This document shows, in pieces, positions 13,870-29,190 of a DNA stretch of 64,000 bases (positions within the stretch are counted from its first letter, which is position 1; the number at the start of each line of letters is the position of its first letter). Source of the DNA: the human T2T-CHM13v2.0 reference genome, Homo sapiens. The position numbers were made by a program, and so were the translations under genes. Where the stretch lies: assembly GCF_009914755.1 (NCBI RefSeq), contig NC_060926.1; one strand, 5' to 3'. The notes under the pieces were generated by a model that was given only the letters and a program-made list of their open reading frames with translations, was not told the DNA's origin and ran no database searches.

Positions 13870-14282
13870 TTTCTTTTTTTAGAACTTTTATTTTTATTTT
13901 TAATTTACAAATAAAAATTGTATATATTTATGGTGTATATAATATTTTGATATATGTCTGCATCGTGGAATAACTAAATCAAGCTAATTAACATATTCAC
14001 TACCTCACATACTTACTTTTATTCTAGTGAAAATATTTGAAATCTACTGTCTCTTAGCAATTTTCAAGTATACAATGCATTGTTATTAACTATAATCACC
14101 ATGCTGTGCAATACATTTCCTGAGCTTGCTCTTCCGAACAGAGGCTATGTGTCCTTTCACCAACATCTCTTCAATCTCCTATTTCCTCTTGCCCCTGGTA
14201 ACCACCATTCCAGTCTCTGCTTCTGTAAGTTTGACTTTTTTAGATCCCACATATAAGTAAGATCATGCAGTATTTGTCATTA
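13870..14282 (-). mobile_element. L1MA (L1MA6/7-like) 3'UTR fragment
   Basis: 'aaattgtatatatttatggtgta...aaatcaagctaattaacata...ctcttagcaattttcaagtatacaat...agatcccacatataagtaagatcatgcagtatttgtc'. Confidence 0.85.
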
Positions 14283-17200
14283 TGCAGTGAGAATTAGCTG
14301 TCCATTGATTGGCACTTCGTGTAATTTATTAATAAACATTTACCAGGTGACACTGAATTCATTAGTTCTTAAGGAACAAAATAAGTTAAATATAAAAATG
14401 AGGCTATTTGGGAGAAGGATATGAATAAGAAAAAGTATCATGTGGTGAATTATCTTATCCCTCTACTCTTTCTTCCAGCCAGTACCTCTTGAGCCTGACA
14501 GAACTTAAAACCTCGATTGGCACCCTTGAGGAGTGAGGCCACTGTTCGGTGGCAAAAAAAAAAAGGAGACTGCCATGCCCTCCCCACCACAAGCGCCCAT
14601 GCTTGTCAGCATGATAAAATAGAGGTTGGAAAAAGATATAATATTAAATGAAGTTGAATATTTTGATAAATTTTGGGGACTGGACCTTTTCAATGTAGTG
14701 AATTGAGCTTAGAAAAATGATAGAGAACATTTTTGTGTGCTTCAAGATCAGAGGAAGTCATGAGGTCTGATGGAAGCACCATCAAGAATCAAGGTGAGGA
14801 TTATCCTCTCAAATGATTTAAAAGACCAGTGAGACAACTAAATAAAATTGATTTTGTGACATTCTGCTTATTCAATACGCTAAAGACCCAAGTATTTGCT
14901 AGTAAGACTATACAGAATGTATATGTACATTATAAAATGTACAAAGCTGGTTCCCCACTAAAACTGACCTTCCAGATAGTCCATAGCTGTTGAACAGCTA
15001 ACAGAAGTCAAGCACCTATCTCAATGCTGTGATTGTATATGTGTCCCTGTTGAGCCCAAGGACACACAGGTGGTATGGAGGCATCAAATCCTGCATTTTA
15101 CCCAAACAATCTATATCAAGCAACTATGCTTGAAACATTAAACTGTGTCTTCTAAAACTCTAAAATCTCAAATTTTAAGGAAAGGATACATTTCAATTTT
15201 GAGACACCTTATTTTAGTAGTGTAATATTATTAGGCTTCCTATCTGACCATTGTATTCATTATCCTAATTAAAAGTAAATATTATTTTTCAGTACACATG
15301 CATGTGGAAAAAGGAGTTCATTTCACTGAGGCCACAGGACAGACACAAGCAATCAAGTAAACAATTAACAAGAGCAAACACCCTTTGGGTTGGGGTTTTG
15401 TGGAAAGGAGTGTTAAAATCTCATATTAATCAACTTTGAGACTTCTAGACATGCGAGTACCTTTTCTTAATGGATACAAGAAAAGGCTTCAGGTATAAAT
15501 AACAGATTTCAAGGAGTTCAAATGAGATTCACTAACACCAGCTCTTGTAAGCTTTAATAATATGCAGGCCAGAATTATTTAATGACACCTAAAGCAGTAT
15601 CATTAGAGTCCTGGAGACACTTGTGTCTTGAACCCAAAGTTGGATGAACAGAAATCTGTTATTAATTTCCTTACTTATTTAGAACATGTGAAAACTGATA
15701 GCTGAATAAAGTATTTAACAACTAAATTCCTTTTCAAAAAAAGACTCTTAATGTGAAATTACAAACAGGAAAGAAAGAAAAAATGTTCAAAAGGTTACAA
15801 AAATTGATGTATGTAAAAATGTCCATCTAAAAATGACACAACCTCAAAAAGTTGCTTTTTTTTTAACAAGTATGTTCCAAAAGAATATGGCCACATTTCA
15901 GAGAGACATTTCTTCTCCCAACACCATGACAAGTGTTGATATCACTAAAAGGATTCCGAAAATGAATTCAAAGCAACATCATTTTTTTTTAATGTTGGAG
16001 AAAGCAAAATGACTGGTATGGTATGTCTTGTAAAGACCTTAGTTTTTATAGACTCAACTCAGTTATCTTAATACTCAGAAAAGAGCTATTTGGATTGTTA
16101 CATGGATCTTTCTCACAAACTTTTTTAAGCACTCAAATTCACACACAGATGCACTTAGACATATACACAAACTTTTATATTTTTTGAAGTGAGCAAGTGA
16201 ATGTATTCACGATTTCACATGTCTTTTTTCCTCATGGTATATTTTGATCTCTTCTAAGTAATATGAAAACAATTATTTGTAGCTAATGCTCTTATAAAGA
16301 GAGTTAGTAGAATTTTCTACAAGTACTGTCTAAGCCCAGGGTGATTTCTCCAAATGGTCTCTAAATTCTCTGTAATTTAAGCACTGGCATTTCACTTCCC
16401 TTCTGCTAATCATGTCAAGCTACCTAATTCCTAACTGTAAAATCAAATGTCTTACTGACTTTCCTCTAGCTGAGTCTTCTGGACTATCCGCTCATATTAA
16501 GGATTCAATGACTATGCTTTAAATGAACCCGTTTCACTGGCAGGTGCCTGCTGGTTTCTAGGTTTTAAACGGTACCATTACTATCATTTATAAGGATAAC
16601 ATCACATTAAGAATGTATGAATAATTTAAAATTGAGTAGCATTCAGTTTCACAGTCTGTCTGGCACGAAGGCTTGAAAGTGCAAGGTCTTCATTTTATTA
16701 CAAAACACTGGCTGTCTGGGTAAAAAGAGATGAAAAGTTACTAATTTCAGGCTTTACTTCAAACCCTTTAATCTTGCAAATAAGTGCTTTCGGTGAGGAC
16801 TTTGTTATCTCCTAAAGCCTAGCCAGAATTGTTCATGCTCTTTGTCTTTTCCCAAGGTCTTTACCTTATCCTAGGTGAGCCAAATGAGACAAAAGGGAAT
16901 CCACCGAAGGAAGTGATTATTTAATAGAGCTTTTCTTTCTAAACCCGAACTTGTGCTGTTGGCAAACATTATGAAACACGATCATTTCATTGCCATAAAT
17001 AATGTTATATGATTAAAATTCCATTCTGTGGTTGGGAACAGTGTGATAAACTGTTTGCGAATTGGTAATTCTATTTATTAAAAACAGAGGCATTAATTTT
17101 GACACATTGAATTATAACACAGACAAACAGATCTTGTGTTTTAATTAAATGCTCTATTTGATGAGCTTTTTTACTCTACGATTTAATACCAGATCCTTCA

Positions 17201-19419
17201 ATTCGTATGGTATAGAGCAGGGGACAATCTCAGCAGGGAATATAGAGAAAAGCTCTGCTGGGATTCAATAGGCACAGAGCAGAGCTCCTTGGACCGCTCC
17301 CTAAAGCATCCCTTCTTTGTGTCAGGCCCAGTACCATTAGCTGGTTTGTTAAAGCCTCTCCAAGCTCTTTTTTTCCTCCAAGTCTCCAGCAAGGCTTCCA
17401 GTCCGGTAATGCATTCCTTATTTTCTAATCATGAAGCGGGACTGAATATTTTTAAAATAAATAAATAACAACCAAACTGCTTTGAGCTTTCTTTCACATT
17501 AAGCTACATTTAATATTCATTTCACATTTTTTTCTATTAATTAAAAGTAAACCGTGTATTGTATGGTACATTATCCCTCTAACAGCCCCATGTGGAGATC
17601 ATGAAGTGGAAGACTAATGGTGTAGACTTTAGCATTTAGTTTTAACCAGAATAATTTACATATCTGTGAGAAGAGTCCAAGGCATGTGTAAATAAGCAGA
17701 ACTCTGAGATATCAAGACCCTTGTTCAGTTTACTATGGACTGCCGAGCTATAGGCTGTGTATTTATTCCATCAGTCAGGTAATTTAATGAGACTTACACA
17801 GCATCTATTCCTGTGGAAGAGACAAAAGTTATTATTAAGGAGAGGCATGTGGCAGTAAGAAAAATGTGTTTGCTTGTTTTATTTTATTCTATTACCCCAA
17901 GTAGCAAAGGTGATCCTATTCAATGTTCATTAAAGTTTACCTTTATAATTTATCAAAGGGGACCCACATCAACAGTTTTTTGCTGAGATTTCAAAATTGG
18001 AAACATTAAAATTTGATATAAAATGCCAGATACTTAGGGAGCCTTTTCATTAGAAAAATAACTCCATGGCTTTAATCTATGGATTTTTATTAATGTACAA
18101 CTCTATGAAGTAAACAGAAGAAAGAACATTAAAGAAAAGTCATCAACCCTGAAAGGGCATATTAACTTCCAATTACCAGAATTTTGGACCAGTTTTAAGG
18201 GAGGAAAACTGTTGCTTAAAGAACTGGGAAATTTAAATAAATGATTACAAAAGCTTAATTTCCAGTGATTTCTCTGGAAAGAATTACACTGTTTCATGAA
18301 TAGTGTTAAGCAGTCACTAGAAGACAGATTATTTTAAGAAAGAGCCCTGATTCTTTGATAAAATTTAAATTGAATGACGTCAGGCTTTAGTCGTCAAACT
18401 GATTTAAGTAACAAACTCTTAAAATATGCCTCGTATAAAATGGTTTTCTTTTTTTGAAAATCATTGTAAAGGCTACAAAATTCAATGAGGTCTTTGACTA
18501 TATGATGCCAGCCATCCCTAAGAAAAGTGAAAAACACAATTGCCAAGGCTGTTTCCAAATATTCATAATTTTTGGCATCCATGTGGCCAAACAGAAATGA
18601 AGAACAGAAGTAAGTCACATCCTACTGATAATTCTTTTTTTACTGAGATATTCAGGTAATTGTAAAGGCTGCCTATATAATTCAAATTAGTTGGATATCT
18701 ATCTTAAATCTTCATTCTGCTTTACCAAAGTGGAAATTAATATTAAAATATTTAGAGTTGATAGAACTGATGCTGTTCCTTTAAAAACCATCACAATCTT
18801 TTGTAACCCAAACCAACAGTACGAAAGCACAAATGTTCAGACATAGACACTGCATTTTTACATGGCCTCTTAAGTGTTCACACTCCTACAAAGGCTGTCA
18901 GACCTGCTAAATGGCATAGCCAAATTTCTCTTGAATCTTTTTATAATACAATGATGCATAAGTGTAAGTCAACGTAGCATTTGACTCTTCAAATACCACA
19001 CCAAAAAATCCTTTAAATATGCAACTCAATGCATAGGATACATTTGAGCCAATTTCACAAAAATATCTGTAACTTTACATACCCTTTGCTTATTATAACC
19101 TACACATAATTCTTCCTACACCAAAAACTCATGTTAAAATTCCCTACCTGCAGGGCAGGTCTACCTTATTCAAATCATAAATTTTACTCTGATTAAATGA
19201 AAATAAGTCTATAGGGTACATATTCTTGTAAATGCTAATAATAAATTTCTATTTTCATTATCAAATAATTATTTCAAAGTATATGGAAAATAATTTATTT
19301 CCAAAACATTTATTATATAATGAAAAATAAAACTGACAATGGAAGACAAGCTTAGAAAAATAAAGTTATTTATTTCTATGCATTTCTTGTTATACTATAT
19401 TTTAATCTTTTGTTTTGTC

Positions 19420-19560
19420 ATATTTCTTTCCTAAAGATTGTAAGTTCCTTAAGCCAGAGTCTATAGTTTAGCTATCTCTCTCTCCTCAGCACCATTTACA
19501 GTGCCTAATGCATGGAACATCCTTTTTAAAAAACATCTGTATTGAATATTGAATGAGTAG
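19420..19560 (+). mobile_element. L2 3' end fragment
   Basis: 'agattgtaagttccttaag...acagtgcctaatgcat...ttgaatgagt'. Confidence 0.55.
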
Positions 19561-21898
19561 AACTTTTCCAGGAGTCTCAGGAAGAATTTCAAATAGTTTA
19601 GTTGCTAGCTGGATTTTAAGATTAAGAAGTAAAAGGTAAATTGCTTTGAATAAGAAAAGTTATACATAAATAATTGAACACATATTTTTAATAACAGAGA
19701 TGGTCATTCGTTCTGAGAGATGATTAATTTCTCCCTCAAATATTGGTAGGCATGATAGATATGCCACATATTTTTTAAGTTTAACAAAAGAAGAATCAAT
19801 TCCTATTTTATTTCCACTTAGGTTTTATAAAGTATTTCAGTAGCTCACATTTAGACTGTCCATTTTATGTTTTTAAGACATAATTTGGCATTTAAAAATA
19901 TTATACTTTCTTTGCTCTTCCAGTAAAGTGTGATGATATAGTCATATGTGTCAATTAAAAGATTGCTTGCTACATCATTTGCTGGCAGGGATTCAATGGA
20001 GTTACCCAGAAAAGTGAATCTTGAAGCATTTACCATTCTTTTATTGTGGGTCTTTTCTATATTTCTGTCATTATATTTCTTTGGACATAAATTAAAGCAG
20101 AGTTATTTTCTATTAAATTGCTCAGCTAACCATTAGTGATTCTGGATTTTCAGTGTCTTTTCTCAGAATACACATGCACACGACCATATCCTTCTTTTAC
20201 TGGCTTTGATTTTAAAATTCTGGCATGGGTCTGGGGTGTCTCTATATAGCATTTACTGAAATAATTCTGAATTTCCCTCATGCTTAGGAACCACTGTAGG
20301 CTTCCATTGACATCAAGCTTCCAATGTCATATATGATATGAACTTCCATTTTTGTTTTAATAGTATATGATAGACTAATATTATATGACTAGCCCACTAA
20401 AATGCATGTACAAAGACTACATTAATTTTCTGATAATTTCAATGCCAAACTGTTATAATAAAGCGACATATTTTAAGTACTGAATATTTGAAAATTCTTC
20501 AATAGAGATGCTAGGGTTTTTAATGATCTTTCACTTTACTTTCTGCTTCTTGGTATTGCAAAACATATATAAATATATATTTAAAATATATTTAATTCCT
20601 CTTTAAATCACAAGTTTAAAAATGGTTCCAAACATTTAAATGGACTGATGATAACATTATTGAAGCATAAAAAGAAAAAAAAATCTCTTTTGCGTAACAT
20701 GAATTTTATGATGGAATCATATGATTATATAGATACTGCTAGCTTGAGACAATAGGAACTGGAATGCTGTGGCCTGGAATCTTGTTCTTTATGTATTAAT
20801 AACAGACTTCTGAGCACACATATTCACTTTCAGATTTTTAAGCAATTAGTTTGCAGATGTCACTAAATAAATGGCATTCATTCCTTAAGCAGGAACCATA
20901 CCTGTTAACCATCTCAGCCTATTCTAGCTTTAAAGCTGGGCTTGATGTGCACAGCATGCTCAAAAACTGTACTCACAGTTCAAATGAGCTGGATTACAGA
21001 CCATGACCACTGAGACCCTCACATGACAAAGCCTTTGTGTAATTAATATGCAGGGTAAAATGCTCCCTGGACTGCTGCTAAAGCGATTTAAATCATGCAC
21101 ATAAAAAATGTAATCACAAATTTAGCATGGTGGACAGAGTAGTCACACTGGGCTTGATTGCATAGAAGGTTCCAAGTGTGTTTTAAATGTCCTTTAAGAT
21201 TGAGATTAAGACTTGTACTTACAAGATGCATATTAATCTAAAACTCAACATTTTTCAGTGTGGGATCACAGTAGGAGAACATTATGGGCAATAGAGGTTC
21301 ATTCTAATCCCAGTAGGTAATTACACTTTGAAATAATATTCTTTAATTAAATCTTGTTTGCAGTTGATTGATTTAAACACTAAATCTAAAACCCTAAATT
21401 TGAGTTTTTATCAATTTTTGATGCTTATTGCACACAACTTGGGCTTTAATTGATGTTTCTGAAGTTTTAAAGCCCTTGTCCCCCATATCCTGGTTTAGAA
21501 TTTAGTATAATTATCAACATCATTCTTTAATACTCTTGATGGCTTCTTCTGGAAACTCGGTAAGTTTGAGCACTTTCACAATTTTAATATATACCTGAAA
21601 GGTTTTTAATATATCACAATTCCAGTATTTACATACATGATTCTTCTATCACACCTTTAATAGACACATAATCTAATCCCTTCTCTGAAATACTGACAGA
21701 GGGTTCTATTTCCAAAATATTTATCACTTGCAAGATTACAGTATAAAACTTGGGCTATAACTAATAATAGACAAGGTATAAAGAAAAAAAAGGTTTCAAA
21801 TTCCAGAGTTATTTGCATCTTTTCAAATTTAAAGTAATATCATTAAGTGACAAAAAAGTTACTACTTTCAGGTATTCACAAAGGAAGGTTGTCCAGCT

Positions 21899-21953
21899 AC
21901 ACACACACACACCACACACACACACCCATGTGTGTGCATGAGTGTGTGTATGT
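21899..21953. repeat. (CA)n followed by a degenerate (TG)n
   Basis: Direct reading. Confidence 0.85.
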
Positions 21954-24900
21954 ATAATCTTTTATGTTTATATCTTCTTTCTTACCACTTGGCAAAGCTC
22001 ACCAAAACTCAATTAAAAGACTTATTGTGGCCATTTTAAGATTAATTTCTTTTATATTCAATAATCCATATGATGCCAAGTCTGTATTATAATTGCTAAA
22101 AGCAATATGTTTCACTGTCACCATTGTGAAAGAAGATTATTCTGGCAGGTAACATTAATATCTAACTGAACTTTAGCCTTCTAGATTTTGGAACTCTTAC
22201 AATTTCTCATTCTTCCAACATAAGTGCTTTTTCTAAAAGAATGTTGTAAAAAAATTTCATGTCTTATGACCCACAGAATGGAACTTTGACATATGTCCTA
22301 ATTTGGCGCATGATATTATCTGTCAGGAAGTGATCAAAGATCTTCATAATTTGTTGCAAATTTGCAAACTACAATGAACCCTTCTTAATAGGCATCCATA
22401 TAACCAACTGTTTTTATGGTTTACAGATTTATATCCAGAAACACAAAATTAGGTATGGAGGCCTAAGCATTGTGATTTAAAGATTCTGTTCACCAATGTT
22501 TATATTTAAATTTATACAATAAGGACTGGCCTGGTTTTAGCTTCAGCAGTGCCATATAGCAGTATCTTGCAGATGTAGCTCAGTAAATTACATTCATGAT
22601 GCCATATTTAATAACTGAAAATTCACATTTTACTACAATTGCATTTGTCACTGCTGAAAAACAAACTAGTACGTGGAATGTTTTATTACAATGACTACAT
22701 TCTTGTGAGAAATGATTAAGTCACTATAAGAGAAAAGTAAGGCCAAAAAACCTCATTCACCATAACGCAAATATTAATCACACATAAATAATACAGGTGT
22801 CTTACAGTAAGCCACATTCCCCTAAAATATAGATTATACATCCTAGGGGCAAATAGTAGCACAACAGACTCGAAATAAATCCCTCAAGCCATGGTGGCCA
22901 AAACGAAATCATTTATGTTTGACAGTTTAATACACTTTTTGTTTATGCATAACAGATGAAAATATTTACACCAATATAAGAGAGTGAAAGAAAAATTAAA
23001 TCTGACTAATCGACCTGTTCAAAGTATGATTTTTAATTTCAAGGATTTTTTTATAACTACTGGAAATAATAAATACGCTTTCTACAATTCAACCGTATCC
23101 ATTCATTTTTAATTATTTTGCAGCGCTAAAAAACAAGCCAGTCTCTCAACTCAGAGACAACTTTCTCTGGTATGTACACATGCCCCAACTGAAGGAAAAG
23201 AGGGCTGACTGCCAACCTAGAACACTGCAGGCTGAGATGAATGAACTAGGTGATCCCTAAGAGTGCTGTACAGGAAATAGAGCTGGGAATGCTTCTGGGA
23301 AGAGGGTCAGAAGGTTGGGCATGGGGGAGATCTATTTGCCACAGATAGATCTCTTTTTGTACTGATTAGCCTTTTGAACATATGTATATGTTACTTTTGC
23401 AATAACAAATCTTTAAAAGGTACAAATCAACAAAATACAAGCTGATAATTATTAGAAATAGATTTCATTTCTGTTTTCCTGCAAGTATTTATTAGGCATT
23501 TGTCTCACTTGCAGCACTGGGTTTGGGAATAAAGAAAGGGTAGGAAATTAGGAAACAGGCAGCTCTTTGACCTTTAAGTGTTTAAAATTCATTGAGAAAT
23601 TTATCTGATAAAATGAGTATCAAGAAAGAACATGTACAAACATGACATTATACGGTTTACACTAAAGCATTTCAGGGAAAAAAATTAACATATTTAGAAC
23701 ACTCAAGTAGGTGGGGATATAAGCAGGCAGTGAGGATGAGTAGTTAGCCTTTGATAGGAACACAGATACCCCAGAAAGTAAGAAGCCTCCAAGTTAAATG
23801 CTCGAATTCTGATATTGCTAAATGCATGAAGAAATTATTTATAAAGAAATGAAAAGCAACTGGAGGAACTTCAAGATGGCTCACTAGATGCATCTGGCAC
23901 ATGCCTCTTCCATGGAGAGGAACCAAATTGTGAGTAGATAATCACATGAATTAACAGATCATCTAAGTGAGAACACTAAAATTCAACCGAGAAGTGATGG
24001 GAGGCACTGAAAGCAAGGAAGGAGAGGAAATCGAGGCAGCCTGTTCATCAAGGATGAATTAGAGTCTAGAGAGACTTTCTAATGCAGGGAAAGGGTAACT
24101 GAGGGAATCCCAGTTGTCCACGTTCCCACCTGGATGCCTACAATCTAAGCCAAGGAGAGTCCCTCAATCTTCATGGGCCACAAGACAAACATAGGTAGCT
24201 GTCTGGAAACCACACAAAGGCATTGCTCCAGAGAGAGAGTTCTTTCTAAATCCCATAACTCCTAAGCTGCAGCATGGTGCCAATTTGAGCAGCTAGTCTC
24301 CACCAGAATGCGTCCTACCCTGTAGGCAGCTGCACATTTTCATGTACACTGAAGACAAATTGCAAAGCCCGCAATTGCCACTGCTGCAAGCAGCTGTAGG
24401 ACCAATGCGAAAGCAAAGCATACACCCTCCAGGTACCTGCCTATGGTTCACTGAACCTGCTACTACCATCACAACTGACAACCACCAACATGTACCACCT
24501 GTAAGTCTCGAGACCAGCCTGCCCAACCCATCACAGCCACTGTCAACAATGGTATGGACAACTTGGATCCCAGAATGTTGTCCCACTACTTCTAATGCCG
24601 TAGGCCATGCCACGCTTCCTGCCCAGGGGCTTGAGAACCCACCCATTGGCCAAACCAATCATTGCCATTCCCAGCCCCAAGCAAGCCACCTGGAGGCCCT
24701 AAAATTGATCTGCCTAGACTCACTAACATTAGAGCCAACATACATTGCCCTGGAGCCCAAGACAGGCATGCACAGCCTACAGCTGCAACCTCACTAGGGT
24801 CTGAATACTGGCCCAGCTGGCATATCAGTTCCCAGCAAAACTTCACCACTATCTCTACTAACAACTGTACCCTAAGCCACAGAAGCAATCACAGATCCAA

Positions 24901-25603
24901 CTGACAGTTTTTATAGCCAAATAAATCATACAGAGACTGCACTACAGAATGCACCCAGAATCAAAGACAAAGGGTCCTAACCAACCAACACCACAGATTT
25001 ATCTCAGGAAAACGTCCTCCCTTAGTACAGCATATTCCAAAAATGGAAAGAAAGAACTATTACACCAGATACACAGATATTAATGTAAGAACACAGGAAA
25101 CATTTTTAAAAATGTGAAACCTCCAAAAGAACACAATATTGTTTAAGAACAAATCCCAATCAAAAACACATTTATGAAATCCCTGAAAAAGAATCCAAAA
25201 TATTGATACTAAAGAAATTCAGAGAGATACAAGAGAATTCTGAAAAATAATAAAGAAATAACTGAAACAATTCAGGATAGAAATGAGAAAGTGACTAAAG
25301 AGACAGATCTCATGAAAAAAAACCAAACAGAAATTCTGGAAGTGAAGAATTCCTTGAAAGAAATACAAAACATATTTGAAAGCTACAACAATAGACTAGC
25401 TCAAACAGGAAGAAAAAAAATCTCAGAATTTGAATACAGGTCTTTTGAAATAACCCAGCCAGACAAAATAAAGGAAATTGAATTTTAAAAGAATGAGTGA
25501 AGTCTTTGTGACATATGGAATGCCATAAAGCAATCAAATTTCTAAATTTTCAGTGTCCTAGAAGGCAAAGAGAAAATGAAAAGGTTAGAAAGCCTATTAA
25601 TGA

Positions 25604-26610
25604 GGGGGCGGTTCCAAGATGGCTGAATAGGAACAGCTCCAGTCTACAGCTCCCAGAATGAGCAATGCAGAAGATGGGTGATTTCTGCATTTCCAACTGA
25701 GGTACTGGGTTCATCTCATTGGGGCTTGTCAGACTTTGGTTGCAGCCCAACGAGCATGAGCCGAAGCAGGGAGAGGCATTGCCTCACCTGGGAAGTGCAA
25801 GGGATCAGGGAACTCCCTTTCCTAGCCAAGGGAAGCTGTGACAGACGGCACCTGGAAAATCGGGTCACTCCTACCCTAATACTGCACTTTTCCAATGGTC
25901 TTAGCAAACGGCACACCCCATATATCCCATGCCTGGCTGGGGGCATCCCACGCCCATGGAGCCTCACTCATTGCTAGCCCAGCAGTCTGAGATCAAACTG
26001 CAAGGTGGCAGCAAGGCTAGGAAGGGGCACCCACCATTGCTGAGGCTTAAGTAAGTAAACAAAGAGGCCTGGAAGCTCAAACTGGGTGGAGCCCACTGCA
26101 GCTCAAGGAGGCCTGCCTGCCTCTGTAGACTTCACCTCTGAGCGCAGGGCATAGCCAAACATAGGCAGCAGAAACCTCTGCAGACTTAAATGTCCCTGTC
26201 TGAAAGCTTTGAAGAGAGTAGTAGTTCTCCCAGCACAGAGTTTGAGATCTGAGAACGGATAGACTGCCTCCTCAAGTGGGTCCCTGAACCCCGAGTAGTC
26301 TAACTGGGAGATACCCCCCAATAGGAGCAGACTGACACCTCACACAGCCGGGTACCCCTCTGAGACGAAGCTTCCAGGGAATGATCAGGCAGCAACATTT
26401 GCTGTTCAACAATATTCGCTGTTCTGCAGCCTCCGCTGCTGATACCCAGACAAACAGGGTCTGGAGTGGACCTCCAGCAAACTCCAACAGACCTGCAGCT
26501 GAGGGTCCTGACTGTTGGAAGGAAAACTAACAAACAGAAAGGACATCCACACCAAAACCCCATATGTACGTCACCATCATCAAAGACCAAAGGTAGATAA
26601 AACCACAAAG
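25604..26610 (+). promoter_or_regulatory. L1PA4 5'UTR internal (sense/antisense) promoter remnant
   Basis: YY1-type motif 'caagatggc' at 25615-25623 and a complete primate L1 5'UTR; many CpGs have decayed to TG/CA. Confidence 0.7.

Positions 26611-29190
<2,580 letters not shown>

Noticed and set aside
24293-24904. Cluster of overlapping 80-151 aa ORFs
   Set aside because: They lie in the C-rich 5'UTR of the old L1, where stop codons are scarce, and have no recognisable domain.
25716-26037. Antisense L1 ORF0 ('IRVGVTRFSRC' visible in ORF 25716-25967)
   Set aside because: From the ORF0 ATG at 26037 (minus strand) a TAG is reached at codon 7, so ORF0 is disrupted.
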